NCBI GenBank assembly: GCA_000165425.1
Contig: CT868656.1
Span: 248,001 to 312,000, forward strand
Direction: 5' to 3'
DNA length: 64,000 bases
Source of the DNA: Paramecium tetraurelia
Taxonomy: Eukaryota
Below are positions 26,783 through 39,924 of the stretch, one piece after another. Under the pieces are notes generated by a model. That model saw only the letters and a list, made by a program, of their open reading frames with translations. It searched no databases and had not been told where the DNA came from. Made by a program: the position numbers and the translations under genes. How positions within the stretch are numbered: position 1 is the stretch's first letter; every line of letters begins with the position of its first letter.

Positions 26783-27906
26783 TATTATTCAAGTTATTAG
26801 ATTAAGAATCTTCTATTTATTATTCTGCATGTTATATTAGTTTTATTTGCTTGTTCTTTCTATTCACAATATTTGAAATCTATTCATCTTCAGAGATAAA
26901 AGTACGAATTTCCTCACAAAGCTATTTTAATTATGAAAATAAATACATCTTATTTAATGCTTGTCAATTGATTAATCAAATCTAATGCTCTATTCAATTC
27001 AACATTTAAGAATTTCTGATCCTCAACCAAATTCATCTTCTTTAAATTCTCTTCATCTACATGATTTAATATTGTATCAATATCTCCCTCCAATTCCTTA
27101 ATATTTTTATCGAAATTAATGTTCTCTAAATTAATTTCTTTAGCTTCTTATTATATTTAATTTAATTAGTTGTTTATCACTTTCTATTCCTTATTCACAG
27201 CCTCCAGATTCTCATTCAATTGTTAATATTAATCATCCAATTGACCTGATTGCTATTATTATATCTCATGCTTCATCTATATTTACTATAAATAGTCTCC
27301 TTTCTACCTCTATTCCTTATTCAACATATCAACCATTTTTTTTTATTGTAGAATAACTTTCTCTTTTTTTGAAATCTCAAATTCCAAATCCTATCTTGTC
27401 TGCTCAAGCTCCTTGTTTTACTTGAAATGCTTATCGAATTCCTTCTCCAAGAGTTGATTTTCCTTTTCCAATGAATTCTTAGTCTCAATCATATCCTTCA
27501 TAGTAGACTCCAACTCCTATCTCTCTTGTTGCAATTAATCCTTTTGGAGCATGATTTCATTGGTTTCCTTCTTTAAAATGGCCAATTCATTTTATCGTAT
27601 TTGAGCTAATTCCAACAATTAAGGATTATTGTTAGGTAGTCGTTAATGCAATTATTCTTGCAAATATTCCAATTCGCTTCTGAGTTGTTTTATTTCATTC
27701 AAATCAACCTCAGTTTAGGCTCTTCCAACCTTTTGTATCTTTTATAGCTCCTCCTAAACCTAAGCATAGGCATTCTCAAGTCGAGATAGCTGATTGTGTA
27801 AACTTCCAAAATCTATTTGTCTCTGATGATATTGATACAATTCCCCTTTCAATTAAGCTATGATATTATCTTTCTTCTCACTACTCAATGGTTTTTTGTT
27901 TGACAT
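26775..27906 (-). CDS. Coiled-coil protein
   Basis: MSNKKPLSSEKKDNIIAQLKGELYQY...; continuous heptad-rich frame with one 25-nt intron (26922-26946); TGA at 26775-26777. Confidence 0.8.
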
Positions 27907-27913
27907 TATTAAA

Positions 27914-28879
27914 ATGTCTGATTAATAAATTAAATCTCTCCAGTGTGCAGCTATAGAAACATAAGCCTATTATGATGTGTATTGGCAAATACCTTCGAAG
28001 TAAGCAGCTGCATATAATATGCTTCTCGATAAATTCAACAGTCTGAAAGCGAAGGTTGAGGCTGATTTTGATTTCATTCCACTCCACCCTCAAATATTAG
28101 AGATGATAAATTATTTCAATCAAACTCAAACTTCAGAAATCCCACAAATTAAGGAGACCGATCAAACTTTATTTTTAGGACCTCCCTCACGTGATCCCAG
28201 TCAACATTACAATAGATCTATTTAGAGAATTTGTTCTCAATTTCTAAATGAGAATCTCTTGGAGGATTTGGCTGACTTCACAGTCGAAAAGTAAGTATTC
28301 CAAAATCTGAACTACATACTCAAGTGTAAGGGCCTAACCACTGTGAACACGCAACCAATCACAATTCCAGTACTTAATAATTATCCCCTCTGGTTTAGTG
28401 AAGGATTACTAAAAACACTCGAAGCCTATTAAAGTGGCAACTTAGTGCCTCCAGAAATTGATTTTCTCACAGAATAACAAATAAAATTCGTTCATTCAAG
28501 CTTAAAATACAAAGATTCCAAGATAAAATAAAAAAATAGCAATCGAAGCAAAAATGACCAGAATACAGTATCACCACCAAATAACTTGCTTCAAGTACGT
28601 TATTCTGAGATGGAAACTCAGTAATCCTAATCTTAATAGAACTTTTATTCCACACAAACAAAGCCTAGAACCAAAAGTATCCTCGTATCCAATTGGTTTC
28701 ATTTCAAGACTTACACAAATCTTAGACCCAGAGACACTCCAAATTAAATCAAAAGACACAAGGCAGTATCATGTTCATAAGTAGATCTACAGACTCCCTT
28801 CAGCCCATTAAAGCAGAGTCCCTATAATTTAAAGGCTAGCGTAAAGCCAAGATGGTTTGAGCATATTTATTAAAAATGA
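27914..28879 (+). CDS. Hypothetical protein (321 aa)
   Basis: Uninterrupted frame MSDQQIKSLQCAAIETQAYYDVY...VKPRWFEHIYQK-TGA; alternative start at 28019. Confidence 0.7.
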
Positions 28880-29975
28880 TACTGAATTAAATTACAAAAT
28901 ATTTCTCTAAATCAATTGAATAAGTCTAATCCATAGGCACCTAATTGAATAAAATTAATAATAAGATAGAATCTAAAAATTCTTAATCCAAGAAAATTGG
29001 GACAAAATCAAAATGATTAATTGAAAAAATGAAAAAGAAGCTCTGTTAGAAATGGGAAATTTTAAGATGGTTACTTGTTTGAAAATTGCTTGAATGCTAA
29101 GGATTAATTTGAGAATCACGATCTATTGTTCTACAGAATAGAATTGACTTTGCCATTAAATTTCTGATTAAAAACTTAATTGAAGATGAAAATCTGTAGT
29201 TTACTGCTTTTTAGAATTTATTCTAGTAAAAAGACTAAGATTTGAGGAATAAAATAATTGAGTATACTTTAATTCTATCGCAATATTCTTGATATTATTT
29301 GAACTATCAGATTATACTAAAAGGCATAACTCAAATTTTGAATTATTGAGTTTACCTATTTTAATTGGCGTAATTGAAGTTAATTAAGAAGAATTAAATA
29401 ATTTGAAATTTAATCTAAAAAATGAAATTTTGAAAAACATAATTCTTAGAAAAAAGTATAGTTTGATAAACATTAAGTTAATAACTTGGCCTTGTTTGAT
29501 TTGAATTTATGGTTTCTAAAGTTTAACCTTAAGAGGAGAATAATAACATTATTTGATTTATTTCAATAAAGTATAAGTTAAAAAAAACAATTGTTATAAA
29601 TCATTTTTAATTCTATTCAGATTTCCCTATTAATTCATTGTATGTTGATAAAAATAAAGAAAATCAGTTATTGCTAATGCTATTTAACTTAAAATATTAA
29701 ATCTAAAATAACTTAATTATGAATGAAGTTAGCTTATCTGTTTTAGATTCTATATATACTTAATTAGCTTTTATTATTTATTTATGGTGAACAGAAATTA
29801 GACATTCAAAATCGATAAAACTTAAATACAATAGGCACTGACTCAAACTAACAACACACAGAACAGCAGAATCGAAAATTTAAATAACAAATTTATCAAT
29901 ATATTCCATCTTAAATTTAAATTCTATATGAGTTATTTTATTGATAGTTGTATTAATTTTTAATTTGAATATCAT

Positions 29976-30903
29976 TCAGATGTGCAACAATATTAGCATA
30001 GCAGTCATGTTGTCACATCCATAGCCAGTAGTAGTATCGATTGCCAAAGAAGAATCGAGCAAGTTTTCAAGTATTAATGGTGGTTCCATACCCCTGTCTA
30101 ATCTTTCTCCAATGAATTACATCACTTTATAACTATTCATCGTTTCGAACAGTCCATCACAACCGAGAAATAAGAATCTAGATATAGACAGCAAGTCTTA
30201 CTTATCATCCTTATTCAATTTTATCTTTCTTATTTCAGGTTCAGCAATAACCATTTGCTAATTTGCTGGTAATGATTCTTATTTGAATTCGAAATCGCCA
30301 AAAGCACGTGAGACTGATAGTGTTCCATTGAGACGGCCTTCTTCATTCACAAATCCTCCTGCAAATCTGATCCTGGCTAATTCATTACAAGGAAGGTGAT
30401 CTTTTGTTAACTCAATAGTTTCATCATCACGCATCAGAAGACAACGAGAGTCTCCTAAATTGGCAACATATAAGGTCTTCTAAATTACCAGGGCCACTAC
30501 AGCTGTTGAACCAATAAATGTATCTAAAATGAATATAGGAATAATATGATTACTTTTAGCCACATTATTTTTGATCATCTCATCCAACTATACAAAACTA
30601 TCATGTAAGGCTTAGGTATAATCTTCACCAACGAATGCAGGTTGCTGAACCAAAACGTCTAAAAAATTCTCAGCCAAATAATTTGAAATTCCAGCACCAC
30701 CATGTCCATCAAAAACAGCAAACATAGATGCATCTTCCCTAAAATCTACTTTCATTATGTGGGCATCCTCCATTTAAAGTCTCCAACCTATCTTGTTATA
30801 TTACATACTAACCTTGCATTGACGTAGTATGACATTATAGAATCCCATTGGACTATGAGTCATGTATTTTTTGCGTGATTGGTTACGATAGAAATTAACC
30901 CAT
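29976..30903 (-). CDS. Protein phosphatase 2C (PPM family)
   Basis: MGQFLSQP, MQGWRLQMEDAH, FAVFDGHGG, GSTAVV, VANLGDSRC, TKDHLP, LSVSRAFGD, FLGCDGLFE, GCDNMT. Confidence 0.96.
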
Positions 30904-31517
30904 TATTTATTTTATTTATGCTTTTGGTATCAATTTATTTGCCTTTAGAAGAGAAAATTAGAATCATTTTATAAAAATATTCAATAATTTTATATGTGCT
31001 TTATAAACCAATTGTTTTTAATTACTTAATATCAAAGTTATTAATATTCCTAAACTTTTTTCGAAATCATCCAACTATCATGTCTTTGACTATAAAAATA
31101 GCATACAAGTCATTCTAAAATGTAAGAAATTTTGAAATATATGTTGTTTTTCTAAATTTATTTCTTGAATATTGAATTGAATTTAAATTAATTCATTAGA
31201 GAAATAAAATAACTATCATTATGATTTAATGATTATAGATAGAAATATTCATTAATTAAATAGAAATAAAAATAGATAATCTCAAAAATCCTATTTATAT
31301 TTATAATATCATCAAATAAAATAAATTTTAAATGGGAAATGCTTGATGATAATTATGACTTTAAATTCATATTTGGTCAAATAGTTATATCTGAATGACC
31401 AATTTAAGATTTTCCTGATATTGAACAATATATGAGAGTTATACTAATAATGTATTCCAATTTTGTTAAGGATATTATTGGAGACACTAAATCATTATAG
31501 TATTTTCAAATTATAAA

Positions 31518-31845
31518 ATGAGTAAGAAGATATCTTAAGCAATCTATGGAAAATCCAAACCAAAGAAGACCAAATCCTTACTTGATTAATAGTTAAAATC
31601 ATTAAAATAATCATAAATAAATAATTGATACATATCATATTAGATCGCCTTCAAAAACAGATCCAAATCAATTTGATTAAGTCTCTAAAATAGCAAGCAT
31701 ACCTGAAGTAAATCAAGATTTAGAACAGGAACAAATAAAATCAGAACAAATAGATTTTTTCTGGTAGGAAACCAACTTAACCAATTCCAAACATATAATC
31801 TAAAATTTAGGATCAATCTAAAGGGTAATCTTTGCTAATGAATGA
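31518..31845 (+). pseudogene. Possible decayed gene fragment
   Basis: MSKKISQAIYGKSKPKKTKS... hits TGA near 31626; coding-like sequence continues in another frame with no evident intron. Confidence 0.25.
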
Positions 31846-32209
31846 TTAACAACCATATATAATCCAATAATAACACGCCCTAGACTATGGTTAATTACCA
31901 TATAAATAACCTCTAATGAAATAAAATGATGTATTAAGTGAAAGATTCAATTAGCGATATTGGATTGCAATTGATTAAACTAAAAGATGAATCTTAATTT
32001 ATGAATAAAGAAGTAGATATATATATTGAATAAATAATATAGTTATAATGCTTAGTCTATTGAAAATAACTTAGATGTTATAAGCTTATAATAGAAAATA
32101 ACTAAAATTTATTATTATAAAATTAACGATATTATTTGTGATATTAGTAATAGGGAATAACTTAATTATATTATTTTTTTATCTTCATATATTTTGAAAA
32201 TAAAATAAA

Positions 32210-33275
32210 ATGTCAACAAAAGAGGATAAACAATATTTTAAGACAGGAGTAGTAGGATTTGTGTTCATGTATTCAGTGCTTAAATTTGGCCATTACTTTA
32301 ACAATAATCGAAAGACGAAGAATCAAATAAAAAAATTGAAATCATACCCAATAAAAAATGTATCCGAAGTAGTGAAAGAGGCTTAAAATCAAACCAAATC
32401 AAACATCTGCTTTATTGAAGGAATTCCTCAATAAGGATCTCTACATTCTACATTTAAAAAAATTCCTGTAATATTGCGAATTTAATAAAGAACATCACTC
32501 TTTTCATGTGATTCCTTCTTGGAGCCACGAATAAAGTTTGATTGGAAGGAGTAAAAAAATATTTAAAATATATAGGGCAAGTGTATCATCTGATTATTAA
32601 ATAGACAAGCCCCCATATTTTGCTTTGAAGGATAAATTAACTCAGAATGAAGCCCATGTATCTATAAGAGATGACACAGATGTATCTGCAGCCTTAATGA
32701 GTTTTGGTTTCAAGGATGAAAAACGTTCATTGTCATTTGCAGAACACATTGGAAATTATGCAACAATTTTCTACTCCTCCATATTCAGAGTGTTTGGACC
32801 TATTGCCCTTACTTAAGTGCTATTTAGGGATAGCTCATTCAAGGGAGTACATATAGGATATAGAGACAATGAATTTGGAATAAAGGCTGACGGATTGTTG
32901 TCAGTATTGGGACAAGCAGTATACAATACAGATACAAAAAAAATAACTATTGAAAATCCTTTGGCATTAACCTTGTCTAAGAATAATTACATCTATTAAT
33001 TGGAGAAGAAGTTGTAGGAGAATGGAGTGGCTATTAACTTTTGGTTAGTTTTGACTTTTCTTAGTGGTTTGTATGTTAGTAGAAGGATATATTTGTATAA
33101 CAAAAAGCATCCCAAGATATTGCAGAAGGTGATTGCTTTTATCAAAAAACATGTCTTAAGAAGGGGACAAAATATTGAGGGCGATGCTGCAATTAACCAG
33201 ATAGCGAAGCCATAGGAGAATTTGCCTGATGAAAAGAAGGCGTAGGCAAATGAAACAGCCACAGCATTTTAATGA
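32210..33275 (+). CDS. Membrane protein with two predicted TM segments (GIDE/MUL1-like topology, no RING)
   Basis: N-terminal GVVGFVFMYSVLKFG and C-terminal VAINFWLVLTFLSGLYV flank a soluble region containing NEFGIKADGLLSVLGQA; internal frame partly unresolved. Confidence 0.65.
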
Positions 33276-33575
33276 TATATTAGGAAGAATTTTATAAATA
33301 AAACATTATTTATTATTTGATGTTATAAAAGTGGGCAAACAAATTTAATTTCTTTAGTGGATTCGTTTTGGGTTTCACGATAACTTGGATGATACCTAGG
33401 AATGCATTTGATTAGATTGCTATGAAATATTATGATATTGTGGATGAAAATTGATATAATATATAAATTTGTGAAAATGCATTGTTTATGCAAAGAATCA
33501 CTTATAATTAAAAATAATTTAGCAATAAATTGTCACAAACTAAAATAAATAATTTTAATTAAGTTTCTTTTAATA

Positions 33576-34352
33576 ATGGAAGAAAAAATAACATCCATAG
33601 TGACGGATGATAGAATAGATGAGATCTTTCATCTGAATGCCACTAAAGAGGAGTTGATCATAATACTCAATTACATCATAATGGACTATAAAAAGTTCTC
33701 AATGACAGATAAGATCTTGTTGCAATCATAAAAATTACAGAAATTAGCATTAGAAGAATGTGTAGAAAATCGACATGTGTTTCTTTTCTTGCCAGGAGTA
33801 AAGAATTCTATGGACATCAAATCACAAAAAGAAGTCAGATATACATATGAACCAAAAGAAGGAAAGATTTTAAAGGAAAAATATAGGAATGGACGTAAAA
33901 CTGAATCAACAGAAGTCACTTATGAATAAATTAATAAAATGTTAGGATCCTTCAATCAGAGTACAGGTGCCTTCTTATAAAGCAAACCTAATTTCGCTGA
34001 AAGTAGATTTATAGCTCCTCTTTTACCTTAAGAGGAGGTGTCAAAAAGAGAGAAGGTCTAAGTGAAAGGAGGGCAATTACAATATGTGCAATAGCCCAGA
34101 AAAAATAGACCTGCTTTTAAAAATTATACTGCAGAAGAAGTCTCGAAACATAATAAACCAGGAGATGTATGGACTGTGCTGAATGGCAAGGTGTACGACG
34201 TCTCTCTCTACTTAGACTACCATCCTGGGGGAGTCGAAAAGCTGATGCTCGGAGCTGGAAAAGACTGTACTAAATTATTTAATTAATTCCATTCTTGGGT
34301 GAATGGACATGCATTTTTGGAATAGGACTACATAGGCAACTTAAAATATTGA
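33576..34352 (+). CDS. Cytochrome b5-like heme-binding domain protein
   Basis: EEVSKHNKPGDVWTVLNGKVYDVSLYLDYHPGG...AGKDCTKLFNQFHSWVN; 777-nt frame. Confidence 0.92.
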
Positions 34353-34379
34353 TTATTATATGTATAATGATATATAATT

Positions 34380-35120
34380 TCAATAGAGAAAATAAATTAC
34401 CAAAAACATAGAAACAACAACTGCAGCAATAAATAATTTTGTTTTTAATGCTCTACTCTCTTGATCTTATCTGACTTATGTTGCCTTGACTAATATAAAA
34501 TTAATTTACTGTTCTTTTCATTTGACCTGCTTGTTCTTTAAAGTTTTAAGTGTTATGGACTAAAATCGAAATTTAATCGTCTCTTGCTAAGATTTCGTCT
34601 AAAAGCATTATAATTATGGATTACCTAAAGTCAGAGACATTTGATTTGCTACATCTACCAATTGGTCTTTTAACCTGGCTATTTTTTCTTACTCTGGATT
34701 ACTGTTATAATGATCCTGGAAAATAGCATAATAATATTGATACCATCTTGATCTTCAAGCACTCTTTAAATTAATTTTGCATCCCATAATTAACTGCTTG
34801 TTTTCTAACATTTTCTTTAAATTGCTAACAAAACTAGTCTTTGATATCTTCTAAAAATGCAAAGGCAATAGCCTTTGGCATTAATGTGTCTGCCAAACAT
34901 AAGTAAGTGAAACCATTTTAATTGATGTAATGGATCTGATAACTAGTATTGATTCCAAATGTACTCATTACTTATTATCGTAAATATATGTTAATCGAGT
35001 CTCCCTTTATAATTTTTCAAATAGTTTATTTGCTATTGATGGGAAATTGCTGGCTTTATTTTCATAATCAACTAGGGTTGTATCCACTCCCCTTGCAATG
35101 ACTGCATAAATCAAGGACAT
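34380..35120 (-). CDS. Longin-domain R-SNARE (VAMP7/VAMP71-like synaptobrevin)
   Basis: MSLIYAVIARG, NGFTYLCLAD, IAFAFLEDIK longin domain; SNARE motif with ARDDQISIL; C-terminal TM LFIAAVVVSMFLVIYFLY. Confidence 0.9.
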
Positions 35121-35143
35121 AGAAATTATAAAATTATTTAATA

Positions 35144-38060
35144 ATGAATATTCGAGGATTCAAGTTCTTAGTCGAAGCCACAATCATAAATGTTTAGATA
35201 AGCGTTCAGTTTAATTGTAAAATATAGGTCATTCTAAAAAGAGGTATACCATTTCATTCTTAATTAATTCAAAAAGGGTCGTAAAAATTGGAAACTCAAC
35301 CTACATATGAATTGTAGAAAGGAATTGCCATAATCAACGAGTCCTTAAATTGCACTATTTCAGTCAACTTGGGTGCTGATGGAAAGTTCGAAGAGAAGAA
35401 AACTCAAATAATAGTCATTCTGGTCACTGATAAAGGATAAAAGAATGCTGGAATGCATAACATGAATTTATCGCAATATCTCAATCAACAATAGTTTGGT
35501 ATGAGGATATTCACTTAAAATAATTAGAATTTTAAGAAGTCTTGCCATTAGAAAAATGCCCAGATAAAAATGCTAAAGTTGTAGTTAACTTTAAAATTAA
35601 ACAGATAGGAGAAATAGATCAGGAGTAATATTAAAAACATAACCTAGATTGGAAACTACAGATCAGTCTCTTGATACTTCCCAGGTTTCAATTTAAACAC
35701 CAAAAAAGATGATGTAGGAACTAAAGAATGACAATAGTGGTATAATAAGATCAATTATATTAGACAAAAAGAATCAGGATTCTGATCTGAATAATTAGAT
35801 TTAAAAACTTAAATTGAAATTAAATGATATGGTGGATAAGGAATTCCATCAAGAGAGTATTCTAAATTATGAATAACAATTGCAAGAATAAAATGCAAAG
35901 CTAAAAACCATCATTAATGAAAACACTATGATTCATGCCCAATTAAAAGCTAAGTCTTTTGTTATTGATTAACAAACTGATGAGATTGCTTAATTGAAAT
36001 CAAAATTAAATGAATATGAACTCGAGAACTAAGGAAATTACAAAACTCAAATTAACATTTTAAATGAGAAAAACATGCAATTAGAAAACTTAGTCATTGA
36101 ATTAAAATAAGAAATAAATAACCTGAATACCATTATCTAGGAAACCCAAAAGGAATCCTTTAATTCTAATGAAAATAACTAAATTGAACAATTAAATGAG
36201 GAAATAGAAAGCTTGAAAAAGTAGGTTAAGGAAAAAAATGAACAAATCTAAAATCTAAAAAATCTAACTTCAGGAACTATTATGGCATTATAGTAGAGAA
36301 ATGAAGCTTTGGAAAAACGATTGAATGAATAAAAAGATGCAGTAGAAAAACTTAAAAATCAAGACGTATTTTTACAATTTAGAATTAGTAAGCAGCTAAA
36401 GCCATTTCTAGCAATGACTCAAGTATCTTAGTTGAAGAACTGTAGTCGGCTTTGAGCATTAAGAAATAGGACTTTGAGACTTTACAATAGAAGTACGAAT
36501 AGGAATTGGCAAAGAAGGAAGAAATTGTATAGAATTTATAACATAAATTGGAAGAATCAATGAGAAAGGAACTTGATACTAGTAAAACAAGTTAGGATTC
36601 TAAAAATTAAGCGTATTAATTAGAGAAATAAATTGAAGTGTCAACAAATCAGTAAGATAAATCCAAAGTAGAACAACAAATGGCTAGGCTAAGAAGTCAA
36701 GTCCAATAATGGCAATCCAAATGGGAAAGCAACCTAAAAGTACTTAGCGATTACAATAATGAAGTCTAACAGATGCAAAGACAAATTGCCGATGTTCCAT
36801 CTTTCATTGACGATCAAAAGGAACTTCCCGATCAGTTACAATCATTGAAAAGAGCAATATAAAGCAAGCTTTAAGGCTATCAATAGTCATAAATCTCCTT
36901 AGAGTAGAGGGTTCAATAGTTGTAATAAGAGTTGGAAATTTGTTAATATAAATTGAAATTGGAATAAAGTTAATAAGTAATATAATAATATCTATGGAGT
37001 GTTCTGATTCCTAATTCCAAGAGTAGATGCATGCTCACAATGAAGAAACCTAACGATTGAACTCAACACTTTAACAGTATAACAATATAATACATACTTT
37101 AGGCAGTCAGACGAGTTGAAAGAATTGCGTCAATTATCTGAACAGTAAAAGCAGTCAGAGTTGGATTTGTAGAAACAACTTGAAGAGACTAAGTCATAGT
37201 TGAATACCGTTAGGTAAAATATGATGAAATGTAAATAATAATTGGCTGAGGCCTTACAGGAGAAAGTATTATTATAGGCTAAAATGGCAGAGCAACAAAA
37301 ATCGATTAAAGAAAAGAATTCAGAAATTCAGAAGAGCTAAGAATTGATCGCAGAACTAGAGTAATATAATATTCAAATGGAAGAGACTATAACCACTACT
37401 CTTGATTAATATAAAATACAAAACTAGCAGACCAAGCAATCCTATGAAAAAGAGAAAAAGTGGAGACAAGAACTCTCAGAGTAAATAAAGGTACTCAAAG
37501 AGGAATTATCAAAACTTCAATAAGGATTAGGAACTCAATAGAAGGTAGAATAAGAAATAAAATAATAATGTAATTGTCAAGAATAATTAAAATAAAATTA
37601 ACATTATATTGAAGAATTATAATAACAAATAGCAGAATTATAATTATTTAAATTGGAATAGGGAATATAAAGAAATAGCATTGTATAAATAAGAACAAGT
37701 ATTTATGCAAGTAGAAGAAATTCCTTAATTTAACCATAAGTTGACGATTTAAATAAAAAAGATGATGCTTTTGTTAGTTAAAGAAATGTTTAATAAAATG
37801 ATATTGGAAGAATTCAGGAACTTGAAGAATACATTAATCATTTAACAAATGAGAAAATTAAAGTATCCAAAGATTATTAAAATGAAATAGAAAGAGTACT
37901 CTCAGCAAATGATGAATTAGATAAAAAATGCATAAAATTGTTATAAGAATTAGAACTTAGTAAAATAAAGATTGGAGATATATTCAATGCAGCAATTGAA
38001 ATTGGAGGAACTCCACTGGTCGACAAACTTTAGATTGCATTTGGTATAGAAGAAGAATGA
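35144..38060 (+). CDS. Large coiled-coil protein with N-terminal NT-C2 (EEIG1/EHBP1-type) domain
   Basis: N-terminus VILKRG.QKLET...FEEKKTQI...NLSQYLN...LPLEKCPDKNAKV, then about 800 aa of Q/E/K/L heptads; several short introns. Confidence 0.75.
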
Positions 38061-38075
38061 ATATATAAATAATTA

Positions 38076-38396
38076 ATGATTTAATAAATAGTCATACCCA
38101 AATCAATTTATTTCAAGGAAGGCTCTTATTTTCTCGTCATCAACGCAAAACCAAATTCCAAAGTGAGTCAAATAACAGGCATTTCAGACGAGGCTGTTGA
38201 TGTTAATATTGCAGCACCTCCTAAGGATGGTGAAGCTAATGCTGAATTATGTGATTTCGTTGCATAGACCTTAGGAGTTAAGAAAACAGCTATCTAAGTA
38301 TAAAAAGGAGGCAAGGGAAGAAATAAGCTAATTAAAATCGAAAGCAAGTTTAAGGATATAAACGAATTTTATGAGAAACTAAAATAAGGATTGTGA
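38076..38396 (+). CDS. UPF0235/DUF167 (YggU/C15orf40-like) protein
   Basis: [41 protein letters not shown]. Confidence 0.92.
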
Positions 38397-38560
38397 TATT
38401 AATAGAAATAATTTTGCCCAAAATATAACTTCAAAATAATTTTTACTATTTTAGTTTTATATGGAATTCTAATGTAGCAATTGTTATTAAGTGAGTAACA
38501 GATTTGTAATATGTTTTTGTTTAATATTTCATTATTATTATTAAATACCGCCAATTTACA

Positions 38561-38971
38561 ATGAGCACAATTAGTAGAGAGGAATATGCAAAGAAAATGA
38601 GATTAGCTTTATCAGACAATCATATCTGTAAACCTGAAGGAACTGTTAATCATTAATATTTCTTAGTCAAAAAAGGCTAATATTGGGCAGAGGAGAAAAT
38701 ATAATTCCTCATAGAGTAATTAGAAAAAGTTGGAGTTGGAAATTGGAAGTTAATGTAAAAGGGACTATTAGAATAAACTGTAAGATATTAATTAGATTTG
38801 TAGAGTGATATTGAATTAGAATTGAGGACCTGCTTATTATTTAAAACTACAGATATTTAACCATATATGGATAAAAAATTCACAAAAAATGAAATCAAAT
38901 CAATTGCTTAATAGAACTTAGAAAAAGCCTAGTAATTAAGCAAATTGAAATATGGAGTATTCGTTGTTTGA
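38561..38971 (+). CDS. p2: p2 subunit of the ciliate MTA1 (AMT1) DNA N6-adenine methyltransferase complex; HTH/Myb-like
   Basis: EEYAKKMRLALS..IC...G.VNHQYFLVKKGQYW...GVGNWK...ELELRTC...DIQPYMDKK matches my recollection of Tetrahymena p2; 24-nt intron at 38780-38803. Confidence 0.8.
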
Positions 38972-39015
38972 TATCATATATATATTAAGAAATATACGAT
39001 GTTATAATTTACTTC

Positions 39016-39725
39016 TCATTTCTTTGCATACTTTACTTTGAGTTGGCATTCAGGAGTAATTTTAAAATTGCTGAGTCCTTTCAAAGCTACAGTAGCTTGG
39101 TCATCATTTTAATATTCAACAAAGGCCAAGCCTCTTGCGGTTATTACCTTAATTAAATGAATAACCAGGATATTGTCTAAATAACTCCGATAACATAATT
39201 TCGGTGACAAATGGTGGTAATGATTCTATCAATAACACATTATTAACTTCTCCTTAATTGAAAACAGTATTGTTATTCAATTTGTCTTCTAATTTTTTTT
39301 ATTTTCTCTCTTTGGCCAAATCTGTTGGCAAAGTTGGCTGTAATTCTTTTTATTATTTCTATTTGTAATAAAATTTGCCTTCCATTCTATCGAAGATTAC
39401 GCTCTTCTTATATGCAAATTCAATGATCTAAATAAATTGGCAAAAATACTAGTGGTTTGTCATAGACCATCATTCCAGACAAGGCTGATTTGGCATTGGT
39501 GGCATAAGTAATATTTTAAAACACAATAAAAGCTTGACCTCTTAATTTTTATGTTTTTTTCATTACAATCTATAAGACTTCTCCAAATTAGGAAAAGAGA
39601 ATGTATAACACAAATTTTAAGTCTTCCAATTTAATTTTATCATTCAATCCACTGACATAAAGAGTTTCTTTGGGTGCTGAGTCCTAATTAATTTGTTAAA
39701 GAGGATGAAGATAAGGCTAATTCAT
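39016..39725 (-). CDS. U1A/U2B''-family snRNP protein (two RRMs)
   Basis: TLYVSGLNDKIK, LFSQFGEVL, KLRGQAFIVF; second RRM LFRQYPGY...LAFVEY...FKITPECQLKVKYAKK. Confidence 0.93.
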
Positions 39726-39924
39726 TAATAAAATCAAATTTATATAAATATTATCAAGAATTAATTTTTGTTCATCAAAATCTCTCAAGAACTAGAATTT
39801 TAGATGAGAGCAAAGTTTATACGTTGCTTAACTTTGCTTTTTAGAATATAGAATTCAAATATATGTAATAAAACAAAGAACCAAGTTAATTTTAACAGTT
39901 TATTAGTATATTTGAATGATTATA

